Virus record (IMG/VR): IMGVR_UViG_3300023493_000006
Span: 10,434-74,433 of that record
Reading direction: 5' to 3' (one strand)
DNA length: 64,000 nucleotides
Origin: a virus
Both the position numbers and the translations under genes were made by a program. The notes beneath the pieces were generated by a model that worked only from the letters and a program-made list of their open reading frames with translations, was not told where the DNA came from and searched no databases. Below are positions 45,153 through 54,743 of this stretch, in pieces (position 1 is the stretch's first letter; every line of letters begins with the position of its first letter).

Positions 45153-46865
45153 TTATAGTGCTAAAAGGTACTTATATTTGTAAAATACCATATGTTGTGT
45201 CTTGATGCAAGTTTTCCTACTAAATATCTTGTGTTGTTCTGAATGTAGAGTGAAAATCATATCGTCAGAACGGCGCAAGGGAAACCCCCATTTTTCAAGG
45301 CTTCCAGACCTTAATTGAAATGTCAGTGTTGCACATGTAGCCGCCAACGGTTCCACGGTAATTTTCTCAAAAAGTTCATTGACAATCTGCCTGTTAATTT
45401 CTTGTGGAGTAACACCTTTGAACTTTTCTAACTGTTCTTTAATAGCACTTAATTGTATTTCTACTGGCTCTGGACTTTTGGTATTTTGGATTTCTAGAAT
45501 ATGGCTCTCAATCTGCTTTATCTGCTTTACGTATTCTTTATTTCTTGAAATAAATTCATCATCAGATATTTTTCCATCCAGATTATATTCCAGTATTTTT
45601 TCGCGTTTCTGTTTCAATGTGTCAATCTGTTTTTCAAGTCGTGATATTTCACTTTTGTTGTCTGGGATGTTTTTTATTGTAGACTGTAAGATTTCAAAAT
45701 ATTCTTTCAAAATATTATCAATATTTTCAGAAGATTTATTAATCAAATCTGCAATTACTTCTTTCAATTCTGATTCTGCCAGCCCAAACGAAGTACACGA
45801 AGCTGCTCCGTTTTTTATTTTATAGCTGCATACCCATCGAACATCTTCTTTTCCTCTGATATAATGTTGCTTCATCCAGTATGGAGCTCCGTCATTTGAG
45901 CAGAAAAGTTTTCCAGTGAAAATATTTTCGTTTTTAAAAGAGGTTCTTCTTGATTTTATAGCTTCTCCACGCTCTCTTAAATATGCGTTTGCCTTTTCCC
46001 AGGTAGTTTCATCAATGATCTGCGGTACTCTGGAACCATCATCCTTAAACATTATCCATTCTGACTGCGGAAGAAATTCTTGTTTCTTGGTGAACATATC
46101 GACAACCTTTACTTTTCCTCCACAATAGTATCCTTTGTATTTTGGATTCCGAATAATATTTTTTATGACATCTCTACTGATCTTACCGCCTTTGAAACTT
46201 CTATATCCCATATTCCAGAGTTTTTTTTCGATTCTTGGCGTAGATATTCCGGAAGCGTAATCTTGAAAAATCATTCGAACCATTTCTGCTTCTTCTGGAA
46301 TCAGTTCGAGCTTTCCTTGATTGTTTGAGTATCCATACATTCTGTGTCCGAGAACAACACCGTTTTTGATCGACTGTGCGTGTCCAAACTTTACTCTTGA
46401 AGAAAGTTTTCGGATTTCGTCCTGCGCTACCCCAGCCATAATAGTAAGTCGGAACTCACTATCATCATCAATAGTGTTAATTCCATCATTTTGGAACCAA
46501 ACGCATACGCCGTAAGACAACAATTCTCTGGTGTATTGGATGCTATCAAGAGTGTTTCTCGCAAATCTTGAAATTTCTTTTGTTATAATCATGTCAATTT
46601 TTCCAAGCTTTGCATCTCTGAGCATTCTTTGGAATTCTTCTCTTTTATCTGCGTGCATTCCAGAGATACCATCATCAATGTAAGAACCGGCAAACTTCCA
46701 TCTGTTGTTAGAATGTATCAGTTCTTCGAAATGTTCCTCCTGGTGCTTAATGGATGCTTGCTGTTCAACTTTTTCAGTAGAAACCCTGGCATAATAAGCA
46801 ACATTTAGTTCAATGTCGTAAATAGAGCAATTTCTTAATTTTTCTCTGACATAATAAATATTCAT
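45153..46865 (-). CDS. Large serine recombinase (resolvase catalytic domain + recombinase domain + zinc ribbon + coiled coil)
   Basis: Start MNIYYVREKL (RBS AAGGGAGAA). YARVSTEKVEQQASIKHQ...DDGISGMHADKREEFQRML...DMIITKEISRFARN. Cys cluster CSNDG..C..C..C. Confidence 0.85.
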   Translation of the reverse strand: MNIYYVREKLRNCSIYDIELNVAYYARVSTEKVEQQASIKHQEEHFEELIHSNNRWKFAGSYIDDGISGMHADKREEFQRMLRDAKLGKIDMIITKEISRFARNTLDSIQYTRELLSYGVCVWFQNDGINTIDDDSEFRLTIMAGVAQDEIRKLSSRVKFGHAQSIKNGVVLGHRMYGYSNNQGKLELIPEEAEMVRMIFQDYASGISTPRIEKKLWNMGYRSFKGGKISRDVIKNIIRNPKYKGYYCGGKVKVVDMFTKKQEFLPQSEWIMFKDDGSRVPQIIDETTWEKANAYLRERGEAIKSRRTSFKNENIFTGKLFCSNDGAPYWMKQHYIRGKEDVRWVCSYKIKNGAASCTSFGLAESELKEVIADLINKSSENIDNILKEYFEILQSTIKNIPDNKSEISRLEKQIDTLKQKREKILEYNLDGKISDDEFISRNKEYVKQIKQIESHILEIQNTKSPEPVEIQLSAIKEQLEKFKGVTPQEINRQIVNELFEKITVEPLAATCATLTFQLRSGSLEKWGFPLRRSDDMIFTLHSEQHKIFSRKTCIKTQHMVFYKYKYLLAL

Positions 46866-46946
46866 AGTGCATTTCTCCCTTAATAAACAGGGAGTGGAAT
46901 CATATAAAGTATAACACCTCATATAAATCCACTCAATACATTGTCG

Positions 46947-47132
46947 TTACTTTCTAATGCTGATTTCAGCTTTAATTTTATCTCTTGTTTTCTCATCTAT
47001 CAGACCAAGTGAGAACATTCTTTCGTTTATGGCATACAATATAGCTTTTTCCATTAATTGTCCCTCCATATAATTATCTCGTTTTAAACGCTGTTTTTCT
47101 TTATCTTTTGTATGCCCTATAATTTCTACCAT
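46947..47132 (-). CDS. Hypothetical small protein (61 aa)
   Basis: ORF. Confidence 0.35.
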   Translation of the reverse strand: MVEIIGHTKDKEKQRLKRDNYMEGQLMEKAILYAINERMFSLGLIDEKTRDKIKAEISIRK

Positions 47133-47183
47133 TATTCTCTTTTGAACGATTCTGTGCTATTTTAAATACACAATTATCACGTT

Positions 47184-47396
47184 TTACAACAAATCAAAGA
47201 TATTGACCTGTCCATCAATCTGAGATTCTTCCAGATTATAAAATTTGCAAGCTATATAATCTGGATTCCAATCAATTTCCAGTTCGTATTGCAAGCACCT
47301 TGGAAATTTGCCACCATAGAAGAATCTGCAATCAGAACAGGTATGCTGATAAACTGTACCGCCAGATTGCTTATACATTTCGCTTATCTTTCTCAT
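47184..47396 (-). CDS. Cys-rich small protein (70 aa)
   Basis: CSDCRFFYGGKFPRC...CKF. Confidence 0.4.
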   Translation of the reverse strand: MRKISEMYKQSGGTVYQHTCSDCRFFYGGKFPRCLQYELEIDWNPDYIACKFYNLEESQIDGQVNIFDLL

Positions 47397-47635
47397 AGAA
47401 TCACTCGCTTTACTCTTGACTTTCCTCTCGCTTTCTTCTTGAAGATACCATTTTTAACACAATCCCTTGGATCACATCCTCTGCTATGTTCTTCAATCAA
47501 GATATAATCACAGGTTGCATTTGTACTCCATGCATTTTCGCTCTTGCTGTAATAGTCGCATTTCGAGCATTGTCTCCGCTTTAAGACTATAATTTCAGTG
47601 CTTTTTAATTCTCTCCATGGTTTTCTATCTGGCAA
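47393..47635 (-). CDS. Cys-rich small protein (80 aa)
   Basis: CSKCDYY...CDY...GCDPRDC. Confidence 0.4.
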   Translation of the reverse strand: MPDRKPWRELKSTEIIVLKRRQCSKCDYYSKSENAWSTNATCDYILIEEHSRGCDPRDCVKNGIFKKKARGKSRVKRVIL

Positions 47636-48165
47636 TTTTCAGCACCTCCCAATCTGGCAGTATCTATAATTTTTAAAAGGTCTGGACTTAGTTTTCTTCG
47701 TTCTTGTTCTCTTTGCACTTCTGCCCGATACGTCCTTTGAAAATTTGATTGAACTACACTCCACCATGTACCATCTGCATTTTCAGATACCGCCCATTCT
47801 CTAAGTTGTGCCGGACTTGATACTGCTTTCTGAATGATTTTTGGAAGCTTATCAAACTCTGTTTCTGCGTTATATGTAGAGTTCTGAATAGCTTTGCATA
47901 CCTTTTCCCAGGCTTCTGTTTCATTCAGCTCTTCCTTTTGCGGTGCAACGCTTTGTGCGCATTGCCTTAATGCGGCTATTGATGGCTCTTTCCATTCCGT
48001 CTGCATATATTTCTTTAATCCGAAACTTAAAAGCTTGTAATCCAGGTCTTTCAGTAATCCGTACCAAGTATCAAAAGCATATTGATCTGGCAGAAATGCT
48101 GGGGAAGTGTACACAGCTTTCATTGCCTTTACCAGTACCGCCCATTCTTCTCTTGTCATACCCAA
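47605..48165 (-). CDS. G39P-like replicative helicase loader
   Basis: MTREEWAVLVKAMKAVYTSPAFLPDQYAFDTWYGLLKDLDY...EPSIAALRQCA parallels the G39P N-domain pattern. Directly downstream of the replisome organizer. Confidence 0.45.
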   Translation of the reverse strand: MGMTREEWAVLVKAMKAVYTSPAFLPDQYAFDTWYGLLKDLDYKLLSFGLKKYMQTEWKEPSIAALRQCAQSVAPQKEELNETEAWEKVCKAIQNSTYNAETEFDKLPKIIQKAVSSPAQLREWAVSENADGTWWSVVQSNFQRTYRAEVQREQERRKLSPDLLKIIDTARLGGAENCQIENHGEN

Positions 48166-49070
48166 TTATCCACCTCGCTTACCCTGTTTTGGATTTTCTC
48201 CATGTAGCTTTGCGGTTTACTTCCGGCTTTATCAAGATAGTTCCCTTCAAATACCTTCGCAAAGTTACCGGGCTTTAAGAACCAATCGAAAGTTATCATC
48301 CAGCCTTCTTTGTTCTGGCCTTGTAAGAAGCTGCTATGGCGAATGTTTTCAATAGCTTCTAAGATATCGTCCATATGGTTCTGACGGATTCTGGCTTTCA
48401 CTGCTTGTTCTCGTTTTGATGTCATTCTTTTTACAGGATTAATACCAAATTCTTCCAGAGTATTCCATTCATCAATGATTCGTTGGACGTCAGTCTGACG
48501 AATAGTATCTTTAGATACTATTAAATCATTTATATCTTTTTCTTTATCTTTATCTAATTCTATATCTAAATCTAAATCTAATTCTAAATCTTTATCTAAA
48601 CCTATATCTTTATCTGAGTGCGTCTTTTGTTCGTCTATTTTGCGTCTTTTCTGCGTCTGCCTGTTTGAACGCTCTATTAGTTTGGTATCATCAATAGAAT
48701 TTCCATTTGTCAGTGAGTAACTTCCGTTATCTTTCAATAGCAGTTTCTTTTTTTCGTCAGTGTATGAAGTTTCTATATATCTGTCTCTAGACAGGGTGTT
48801 GTGCATTCTCCAATGCTTAATAACAATCACGCCATCATCAAATAAGATAACAAATCTCTTGGCAATCAGAAGCTTCAAATCATCATCATTTGCACCTATT
48901 ATTTTTTCAATCCTCTTTGGGTTTCCAATAAATCCATCATCATCAGCTCGCATATTTAAATGAAAATAAAGGCATTGTGTTGATAATGGCATATCAAGAA
49001 AAGCGTCTGTATCAACAATTTTCATGGTAAACATTCTTTTATTTGCCAATTCTAAAATTCCTTTCTCCAA
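48156..49070 (-). CDS. Phage replisome organizer with internal DKDLELDLDLDIELDK iteron-encoding repeats
   Basis: N-terminal LSTQCLYFHLNMRADDDGFIGNPKRIEK (phage_rep_org_N-like). Repeat DNA at 48541-48660. Confidence 0.65.
   Translation of the reverse strand: MEKGILELANKRMFTMKIVDTDAFLDMPLSTQCLYFHLNMRADDDGFIGNPKRIEKIIGANDDDLKLLIAKRFVILFDDGVIVIKHWRMHNTLSRDRYIETSYTDEKKKLLLKDNGSYSLTNGNSIDDTKLIERSNRQTQKRRKIDEQKTHSDKDIGLDKDLELDLDLDIELDKDKEKDINDLIVSKDTIRQTDVQRIIDEWNTLEEFGINPVKRMTSKREQAVKARIRQNHMDDILEAIENIRHSSFLQGQNKEGWMITFDWFLKPGNFAKVFEGNYLDKAGSKPQSYMEKIQNRVSEVDNWV
48541..48660. repeat. Intragenic iteron region (ATCTAA/ATCTTT hexamer-based repeats ending ATCTGAGTGCGTCT..TGCGTCTTTT). Candidate phage origin
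   Basis: Direct repeats read in the sequence. Homologous to 8841-8940. Confidence 0.6.
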
Positions 49071-49092
49071 TTCCTGGCTTTTTCAAAAGTGT

Positions 49093-50214
49093 TTATTTTA
49101 ATTCGACTTCAATTCCATTGATTTTCAGTTCTCCATTTACCGGAATTACAAGAGATGGAACGCCGTTTATTTCTTTCAATTCAATCAGAGCAATTTTATC
49201 TGGCTGGATGCAGATTGTTGCATCTGATGTTACAATTTTTGCAGTTTTTGAATTATGGATATTGTCAATGGCAACAGGCTCATTACTGAAATACATTTCC
49301 CAGTTTTCCTTGAAATCTGATAACTTCTCGTCTGGAACTCCACAATATCCAAAAATCTGTTCCATTTCGTCACATGATACGTTTATCATCTCCGGGCTGT
49401 CTTTCTTCTGTTCTCTTACTTCCTGTAATGATTCAACCAGGCTTTCCGTGAAATTGAATGTTGTGTTTCCTTCGAAATTGTCCATGATAAAATCTGAAAA
49501 GACATTGATTTCATTCCCTGGTATACGTGGAATTGGTGTGCCAAGAACGCTTTCGATGAAGTCTGGATGAATATTCTTTGTGTTTTTGTTGAAATACAAG
49601 GTTCCATGAATATCAGTGCTTCTGTCATTGAATACAGGGAATAAGAATCCTGTTTCTGGTCTTGAGACTACCCAATCACGAATTCTGTCTTTGATGTTAT
49701 TTTCAGCCACATCATAGATAAGCCCAGCCTTTGAAAGATTTACTGGACAAATGCTGCACAGAATGTGTTCATAAATTTCTTCTGATGCATCGTGCATTTT
49801 GGTTCCATCAGAAGCCTTTCCTGGAATATCATAGACCGCATGAATGAGAACTATGTAGTAATTTTCTGGATAATCGTAATTCTCAATCACTTTGTCGTAG
49901 AACTCATCCAAAATATTATCATCTTTAAGCTTACTTGCTCTAATCCGCATAAGAAATTCCTGTGTTCCACCTTCTTTTTCCTGTGCTAATGGGAATTCAA
50001 GGTTCATAAGGTTTTTCCCAAGTCTGCCAGACATAGTTTTCTTGAAAATGTCAAAATACTTAAACATTTCTTCATCTGGAATAGACAGGAACGCTTCTTT
50101 AATCTTTGTTTTCTTATTCTTCTCCGCATCCACATAACAACCACAAATACGTGTGATTGCACAATTGGCTGGCGTAAACTGCTTCTTGATCTCTGCGATT
50201 TCTTTCTTATTCAT
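49093..50214 (-). CDS. DUF4317-family protein
   Basis: 373 aa. Overall resemblance to Clostridial DUF4317 proteins, recalled from memory with no search. Confidence 0.4.
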   Translation of the reverse strand: MNKKEIAEIKKQFTPANCAITRICGCYVDAEKNKKTKIKEAFLSIPDEEMFKYFDIFKKTMSGRLGKNLMNLEFPLAQEKEGGTQEFLMRIRASKLKDDNILDEFYDKVIENYDYPENYYIVLIHAVYDIPGKASDGTKMHDASEEIYEHILCSICPVNLSKAGLIYDVAENNIKDRIRDWVVSRPETGFLFPVFNDRSTDIHGTLYFNKNTKNIHPDFIESVLGTPIPRIPGNEINVFSDFIMDNFEGNTTFNFTESLVESLQEVREQKKDSPEMINVSCDEMEQIFGYCGVPDEKLSDFKENWEMYFSNEPVAIDNIHNSKTAKIVTSDATICIQPDKIALIELKEINGVPSLVIPVNGELKINGIEVELK

Positions 50215-50743
50215 GCTTTTCCATCCTTTCTACTTCTCTCGCCTGTTTCTTCTCAATCCACTTATTAATTTTCTCATCGGAAATCATGTACATTTGCTTT
50301 AACATTTCGATGCAGATCAACACATCTGCAATTTCTTCTATCATGTTATCACGGTTGATTTTTCCACGTTTCGCCTTACTGATTGCTTGGATAAGCTCGG
50401 CACATTCTTCCATGCAGACGGTACTCTGATTGTCCATGCCGTAATGTTGAATACTGTTTGATATAATTTTTCTGTCAATTCTGTATTTTATTTCTGTGCT
50501 AGATTTTTCCTCTTCTACCAGTTCGAAATATTTTTCTTTATATGCCAAGACAATCTCAAAAGAATATGAGCTATATCCTATGCGGTAATCATCTTCACCA
50601 ACATTTTTGTATTTTATCGAATAGTACGGTTTTCCGTCAAAAACCTCGAAAACCAATTCCAAATCAGTTACTTTTTCTTTTTCAATTTTTTCTTCTTTTT
50701 CACTTCTTGCAGAAACATTTTCTAAATTATCCATCATTTTCAT
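50207..50743 (-). CDS. MazG-like nucleotide pyrophosphohydrolase domain protein
   Basis: C-terminal CMEECAELIQAISKAKRG...IEEIADVLICIEML (EExxE/D metal motifs). Confidence 0.6.
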   Translation of the reverse strand: MKMMDNLENVSARSEKEEKIEKEKVTDLELVFEVFDGKPYYSIKYKNVGEDDYRIGYSSYSFEIVLAYKEKYFELVEEEKSSTEIKYRIDRKIISNSIQHYGMDNQSTVCMEECAELIQAISKAKRGKINRDNMIEEIADVLICIEMLKQMYMISDEKINKWIEKKQAREVERMEKHE

Positions 50744-51233
50744 CCACCTTAATAAATGCCATCCAATGTGTTTTTCCCTGTTTGCCAGATCTATTGTCGT
50801 ACAATGGTTCTGCCCCAATAGCCGTAATAACATCCTTTACAGGAATCTGTGTTTCATTCCACTTAAAAATCAATGTCCCGTAAGGCTTCAGTACACGCAT
50901 GCACTCAGAAAAACCATCATGTAACATTCGTTTCCATGTATCCTTGTTGAGCTTTCCATACTTCTTTACCATCCAGGCATTGTCCCCACCTTGGATAAGA
51001 TGCGGTGGGTCAAACACAACATGGTAAAATGTATTATCCTCAAACGGGAGGCATGTGAAGTCCGCTATAATATCTGGATGGATGTTGCAATATCTTGTTA
51101 CTTTTCCGTCTCCGCTTGTCCATATTGCTTCGTTATCCAGTTCGCGTTTGTCAACGAAAACAGCCAGTTCATTATTTTTGTTGAACCAAATCATTCTTGA
51201 ACCACATGTAGCGTCCAGAACAGGTTTATCCAT
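50727..51233 (-). CDS. Small DNA methyltransferase (motif I VLDATCGS, motif IV FDPPH)
   Basis: Motifs read directly. 168 aa. Confidence 0.55.
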   Translation of the reverse strand: MDKPVLDATCGSRMIWFNKNNELAVFVDKRELDNEAIWTSGDGKVTRYCNIHPDIIADFTCLPFEDNTFYHVVFDPPHLIQGGDNAWMVKKYGKLNKDTWKRMLHDGFSECMRVLKPYGTLIFKWNETQIPVKDVITAIGAEPLYDNRSGKQGKTHWMAFIKVDENDG

Positions 51234-51310
51234 TTTCCTTCATCTCCTATCCAAAAAGTTTTCCACAAATTACACATCTGTATATATGCCCTCTTCTGCG
51301 AGAGTGATAT

Positions 51311-51814
51311 TTAATCCATTGATGACTGTGCATTCTTCATCTCCTCCAATTTCCTTGCAGTTTTTCTATAATCTCTATTTGCTGACCGGAACATCATCAG
51401 AAGAATTTCAGATACAGGTCTTGTTCTGTATCTCCTCACTGCTCTCTTGATGCATGAAAGCTCACTTCCGTCTGGTATGTAAACCCCTACAGAATACGGA
51501 ATTTCCAGAGATATTTTTGCATATACATCTTGCGGCATAACTAAATAGTTGAAATCGCCAATGAAATTTAACCCGTGTCCAGATTTGAAATCTTCAACAG
51601 ACGACTTAATTTCATAGCAGTAGCAATCCGCTTTTTCTATTCCAGAAACGCTATTATTTGCTGGAACAAATTTCATGTAGTCCACTCTGATTGCATGATC
51701 TGTATAGTAATCAAATGTAACTTCTCGTGCCCAATAAATACGTGGATCATTATGCGGATTAATTTTCTTTTCAACCATGGCTGATAATTTTGCCGTAATC
51801 TCAGGTCTTGTCAT
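51311..51814 (-). CDS. Putative PD-(D/E)xK-type nuclease
   Basis: RVDYMKF...GIEKADCYCYEIKSS gives a D...E-x-K arrangement. Confidence 0.35.
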   Translation of the reverse strand: MTRPEITAKLSAMVEKKINPHNDPRIYWAREVTFDYYTDHAIRVDYMKFVPANNSVSGIEKADCYCYEIKSSVEDFKSGHGLNFIGDFNYLVMPQDVYAKISLEIPYSVGVYIPDGSELSCIKRAVRRYRTRPVSEILLMMFRSANRDYRKTARKLEEMKNAQSSMD

Positions 51815-52082
51815 TTCCCAGCTCCTCCAACTTCTTCTCTATCGGATTAATAATCTCTTCCAATACCTGCTGTTCATAATTTTCTTTCCAGATTTTTTCT
51901 CTTTTCCAAAATTGGATTTTCATAATCTCATTTATTAAATTAATACACGCTATTGCTTCTAGCATTCCCCAACATCCATCACAGGCTCTTTCATTGCACC
52001 AGTTTACAAATTCTTTAAATTTCATTTTTGAGTTCCTCCAACTTATTTTCAGCTTCTTCACGGGTGAGGAATACCACAACAT
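51801..52082 (-). CDS. Hypothetical protein (93 aa)
   Basis: ORF. Confidence 0.35.
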   Translation of the reverse strand: MLWYSSPVKKLKISWRNSKMKFKEFVNWCNERACDGCWGMLEAIACINLINEIMKIQFWKREKIWKENYEQQVLEEIINPIEKKLEELGNDKT

Positions 52083-52401
52083 TCAATTCTCCAAGCCATT
52101 CATCCTCGTTCGCCCATAAAAACCATCTGCCGTCTTTTCCGTATTCAATTCCGCTTACCACGTTTTTTCGAATACCCATGCCATATATATCCCATACAGT
52201 TGTGCCAATAGGACACGGAAATCTCACAAGCAAGCCCTGTTCTTCTAAGTCTTCATAAGTGGCGAGTTTTTTAATCATATTCTTTACTGTTTTGCAATTT
52301 CCTGCACCCTGTGAGCAATTATCGCAATATGAACTGCACATAATGCTTCGGCGTTCGTTATATGTGATTCTTGAAAAATCTCTTTTTGTTAATCTCTCCA
52401 T
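52015..52401 (-). CDS. Cys-rich hypothetical protein (128 aa)
   Basis: CSSYCDNCSQGAGNC. Confidence 0.4.
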   Translation of the reverse strand: MERLTKRDFSRITYNERRSIMCSSYCDNCSQGAGNCKTVKNMIKKLATYEDLEEQGLLVRFPCPIGTTVWDIYGMGIRKNVVSGIEYGKDGRWFLWANEDEWLGELNVVVFLTREEAENKLEELKNEI

Positions 52402-53286
52402 CTATTTCACCTCCTTTGTTTTCTCCTCTAGGCAATGTTTCAGTGCATGCATTACTGTATAATCCAGTATGTTTATCTCTTCGGGCTTGTTTTCTTTTCT
52501 GTAATTGTATTTGAATATTTCGCTTTCCAACGCTGCTGATATTTTTAATGGTTCCAAAGGATTTTCAATATCATCAAGATATTGCATCTCCATTTTCTCT
52601 TTATAAGCTCTTAGCTCTTTCAGTTCTTCCAGTAATTCTGCAATATCTTTCAGCCAGAATAATTCCCCATCTTCAAAACAACAACCATATTCATTCTGGT
52701 TATACGGACATGCCACTGCTTCTTTTCCACTGATGTAATCTTTTAAATTTTCTCCGGTTCCGCAAACAATGCGTTTATGCTCGTCATCGTCCATATGCAT
52801 GAAGTTTTCGTGATCTGCATAGCAATCACCCTCGACATCTTGGCTGGCAACGCATTTAAGTGCCTTTATCATATCGTCAAGTGTTATCTTTTCCATCATT
52901 CTGCCCCCCTTTGCTTCTTGATATATAATTGCCATATTGAAATCACTTCTAATGAACCTTAATGTCAGTTTATGATTTACAGCATTTCCAAGTTGATCGT
53001 AAATCCAGTACATATCCTCTTGGTCAAAGTTTGTACCCAGATATCTGTTAAGGCTTGATATCAGTTGTTCTCTCCATTCATTATTTCTTTTGTGCGAACT
53101 GTACGGCTCTCCTTTTGCCATTGGCCTTGAACACCATTCAAGTAGCTTGCAGATAATATCTTCTTTATCGGTACAATTCTTTGCTGTGAAATATACGTTT
53201 CCTTTTTCGGAAAGAATTATTTCCCCAAATCTGTTTATGTAGCTCCCGGGGAAGCATTCCATAAGACCGAAAATTTCATCAGTCAT
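52402..53286 (-). CDS. Hypothetical protein (294 aa)
   Basis: ORF. Confidence 0.45.
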   Translation of the reverse strand: MTDEIFGLMECFPGSYINRFGEIILSEKGNVYFTAKNCTDKEDIICKLLEWCSRPMAKGEPYSSHKRNNEWREQLISSLNRYLGTNFDQEDMYWIYDQLGNAVNHKLTLRFIRSDFNMAIIYQEAKGGRMMEKITLDDMIKALKCVASQDVEGDCYADHENFMHMDDDEHKRIVCGTGENLKDYISGKEAVACPYNQNEYGCCFEDGELFWLKDIAELLEELKELRAYKEKMEMQYLDDIENPLEPLKISAALESEIFKYNYRKENKPEEINILDYTVMHALKHCLEEKTKEVK

Positions 53287-53796
53287 CTACTTCACCTCTT
53301 CCATCTGACTTTCTACGGTATCTGCAAGTAGCTTCAAGGACTTAATAAATGAGTCCGTCAAAGTTGTTCTATCTGGGTATTTAGCGAACGTTCTGACAAG
53401 TTTTACTGCATCCTTGATTTTTTTTTCATCTTCGACGATTTTGGATGCTTCAAGCAATTCCTTTTCAAAGCTGTAAGTAGCGATCTTATTATCGTAAAAA
53501 ATCAATATGTTTGGAAATGGAATTTCAATATGGTTTAAATGGTTTTCTCTCGCCCATTTGAATCCCTGAAACCTTGCTATTTTCAGAACACTCAAATATT
53601 CTTCCTGTGTTCTTACAAATACGCTTTTTCCTGTTAAATCAATCATCAAAATTTCCTCCTGTAATCTCATCAATACACTGGTTCCATCCTTCTGCAAAGC
53701 CAGCATCAGACGTATTGGCTGGATAATCTCCATTGTCTTTTTCTGGCAAATCCATAAGCGGACACCAGTCTGGTCTTGATTTACTTTCACAATCAT
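53287..53796 (-). CDS. Hypothetical protein (169 aa)
   Basis: ORF. Confidence 0.4.
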   Translation of the reverse strand: MIVKVNQDQTGVRLWICQKKTMEIIQPIRLMLALQKDGTSVLMRLQEEILMIDLTGKSVFVRTQEEYLSVLKIARFQGFKWARENHLNHIEIPFPNILIFYDNKIATYSFEKELLEASKIVEDEKKIKDAVKLVRTFAKYPDRTTLTDSFIKSLKLLADTVESQMEEVK

Positions 53797-53947
53797 AATG
53801 TTCTTCTGTCATCAGAATTACATCGCAATCTAAACAGTCAGCTAATTCACACAAACCCTCATATTCAAGAGCGCTACAGTATGCAGTTCCGAACGGGCAA
53901 ACATAGCAATTCTCTGGTGTTTCCATCACTAATACTGATTTGCTCAT
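53639..53947 (-). CDS. Cys-rich hypothetical protein (102 aa)
   Basis: CYVCPFGTAYCSALEYEGLCELADCLDC. Overlaps the neighbouring ORF. Confidence 0.3.
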   Translation of the reverse strand: MSKSVLVMETPENCYVCPFGTAYCSALEYEGLCELADCLDCDVILMTEEHYDCESKSRPDWCPLMDLPEKDNGDYPANTSDAGFAEGWNQCIDEITGGNFDD

Positions 53948-54198
53948 TCAACTCCACCGCCTTTCACAATCTCCAAAGCATCATTCAAAATTACGATTTC
54001 ATAAGATTTTGTCCATCCCACAGGTTTTGCTAATGTACTCCGTTTTTCTAATTGCTGAACAACCTTATCCACATCAAATGCCGTTGGCTGTTTATTAACA
54101 CAATCAATAAACTCCTTCTGGCCAGAACTAACACTTGTTCCAATTTCCCAAATTTTGATGTATTTAATTAATTCGTCTGCATCTATCAGTCTACTCAT
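53944..54198 (-). CDS. Hypothetical protein (84 aa)
   Basis: ORF. Confidence 0.35.
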   Translation of the reverse strand: MSRLIDADELIKYIKIWEIGTSVSSGQKEFIDCVNKQPTAFDVDKVVQQLEKRSTLAKPVGWTKSYEIVILNDALEIVKGGGVE

Positions 54199-54215
54199 CT
54201 GATTCCTCCCTGTGC

Positions 54216-54648
54216 TTACATTTTAGGTCCTCTAAAAATTACTATCATTGACGGAAACGGTGCACTATTCTTGCTGCCTCCGAATTTTAACCTTCCTTTC
54301 AAAAATCTAATTTCCGATCTGTGATATACAAAATCTTGAAACCATTTCGTATCTGTCCTTGCCGGAACCAGTAAAACAACGAGCGTATTCTCTTTATGTC
54401 CTTCCTGATAGCTCTTTTCAACCCATTGATATATTTCTCTTCCGTAAGGCGGGTTGCAAAACACTCGCATCCCCCCCCCAGTCCTGTATAAGACCATTTT
54501 CATTTTTAGTAAAAAATTTCTCGCATTTATGGTTTTTTGCGTCCGCGCATGGGTCTAGCGTGAAATCAAACTCTTTGTTTAATTCATCGAAAATATATTT
54601 AGTTGTAGCCCATTGATCGGAATTGCTGCTAAATAAACATTTTTCCAT
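54216..54648 (-). pseudogene. Phage Dam-family N6-adenine DNA methyltransferase (PF05869-like) split by a frameshift at a G9 (C9 on +) homopolymer at 54471-54479
   Basis: N-fragment ...NGLIQDWGGD and C-fragment ...MRVFCNPPYGREIYQWV...VVLLVPARTDTKWFQ. Deleting one G gives in-frame DWGGMRVFCNPPYG. Confidence 0.7.
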
Positions 54649-54743
54649 TTTTCCCTCTTATTCTGTTTCCTCCTGTAATAGTTCTTTATTGTCGAAAATG
54701 TTGCCAACTACTTCCATTTCGCACCTGTCGATATAATCTTTGG

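Noticed and set aside
45379-45825. 148-aa plus-strand ORF inside the serine recombinase gene
   Set aside because: It is an antisense shadow ORF
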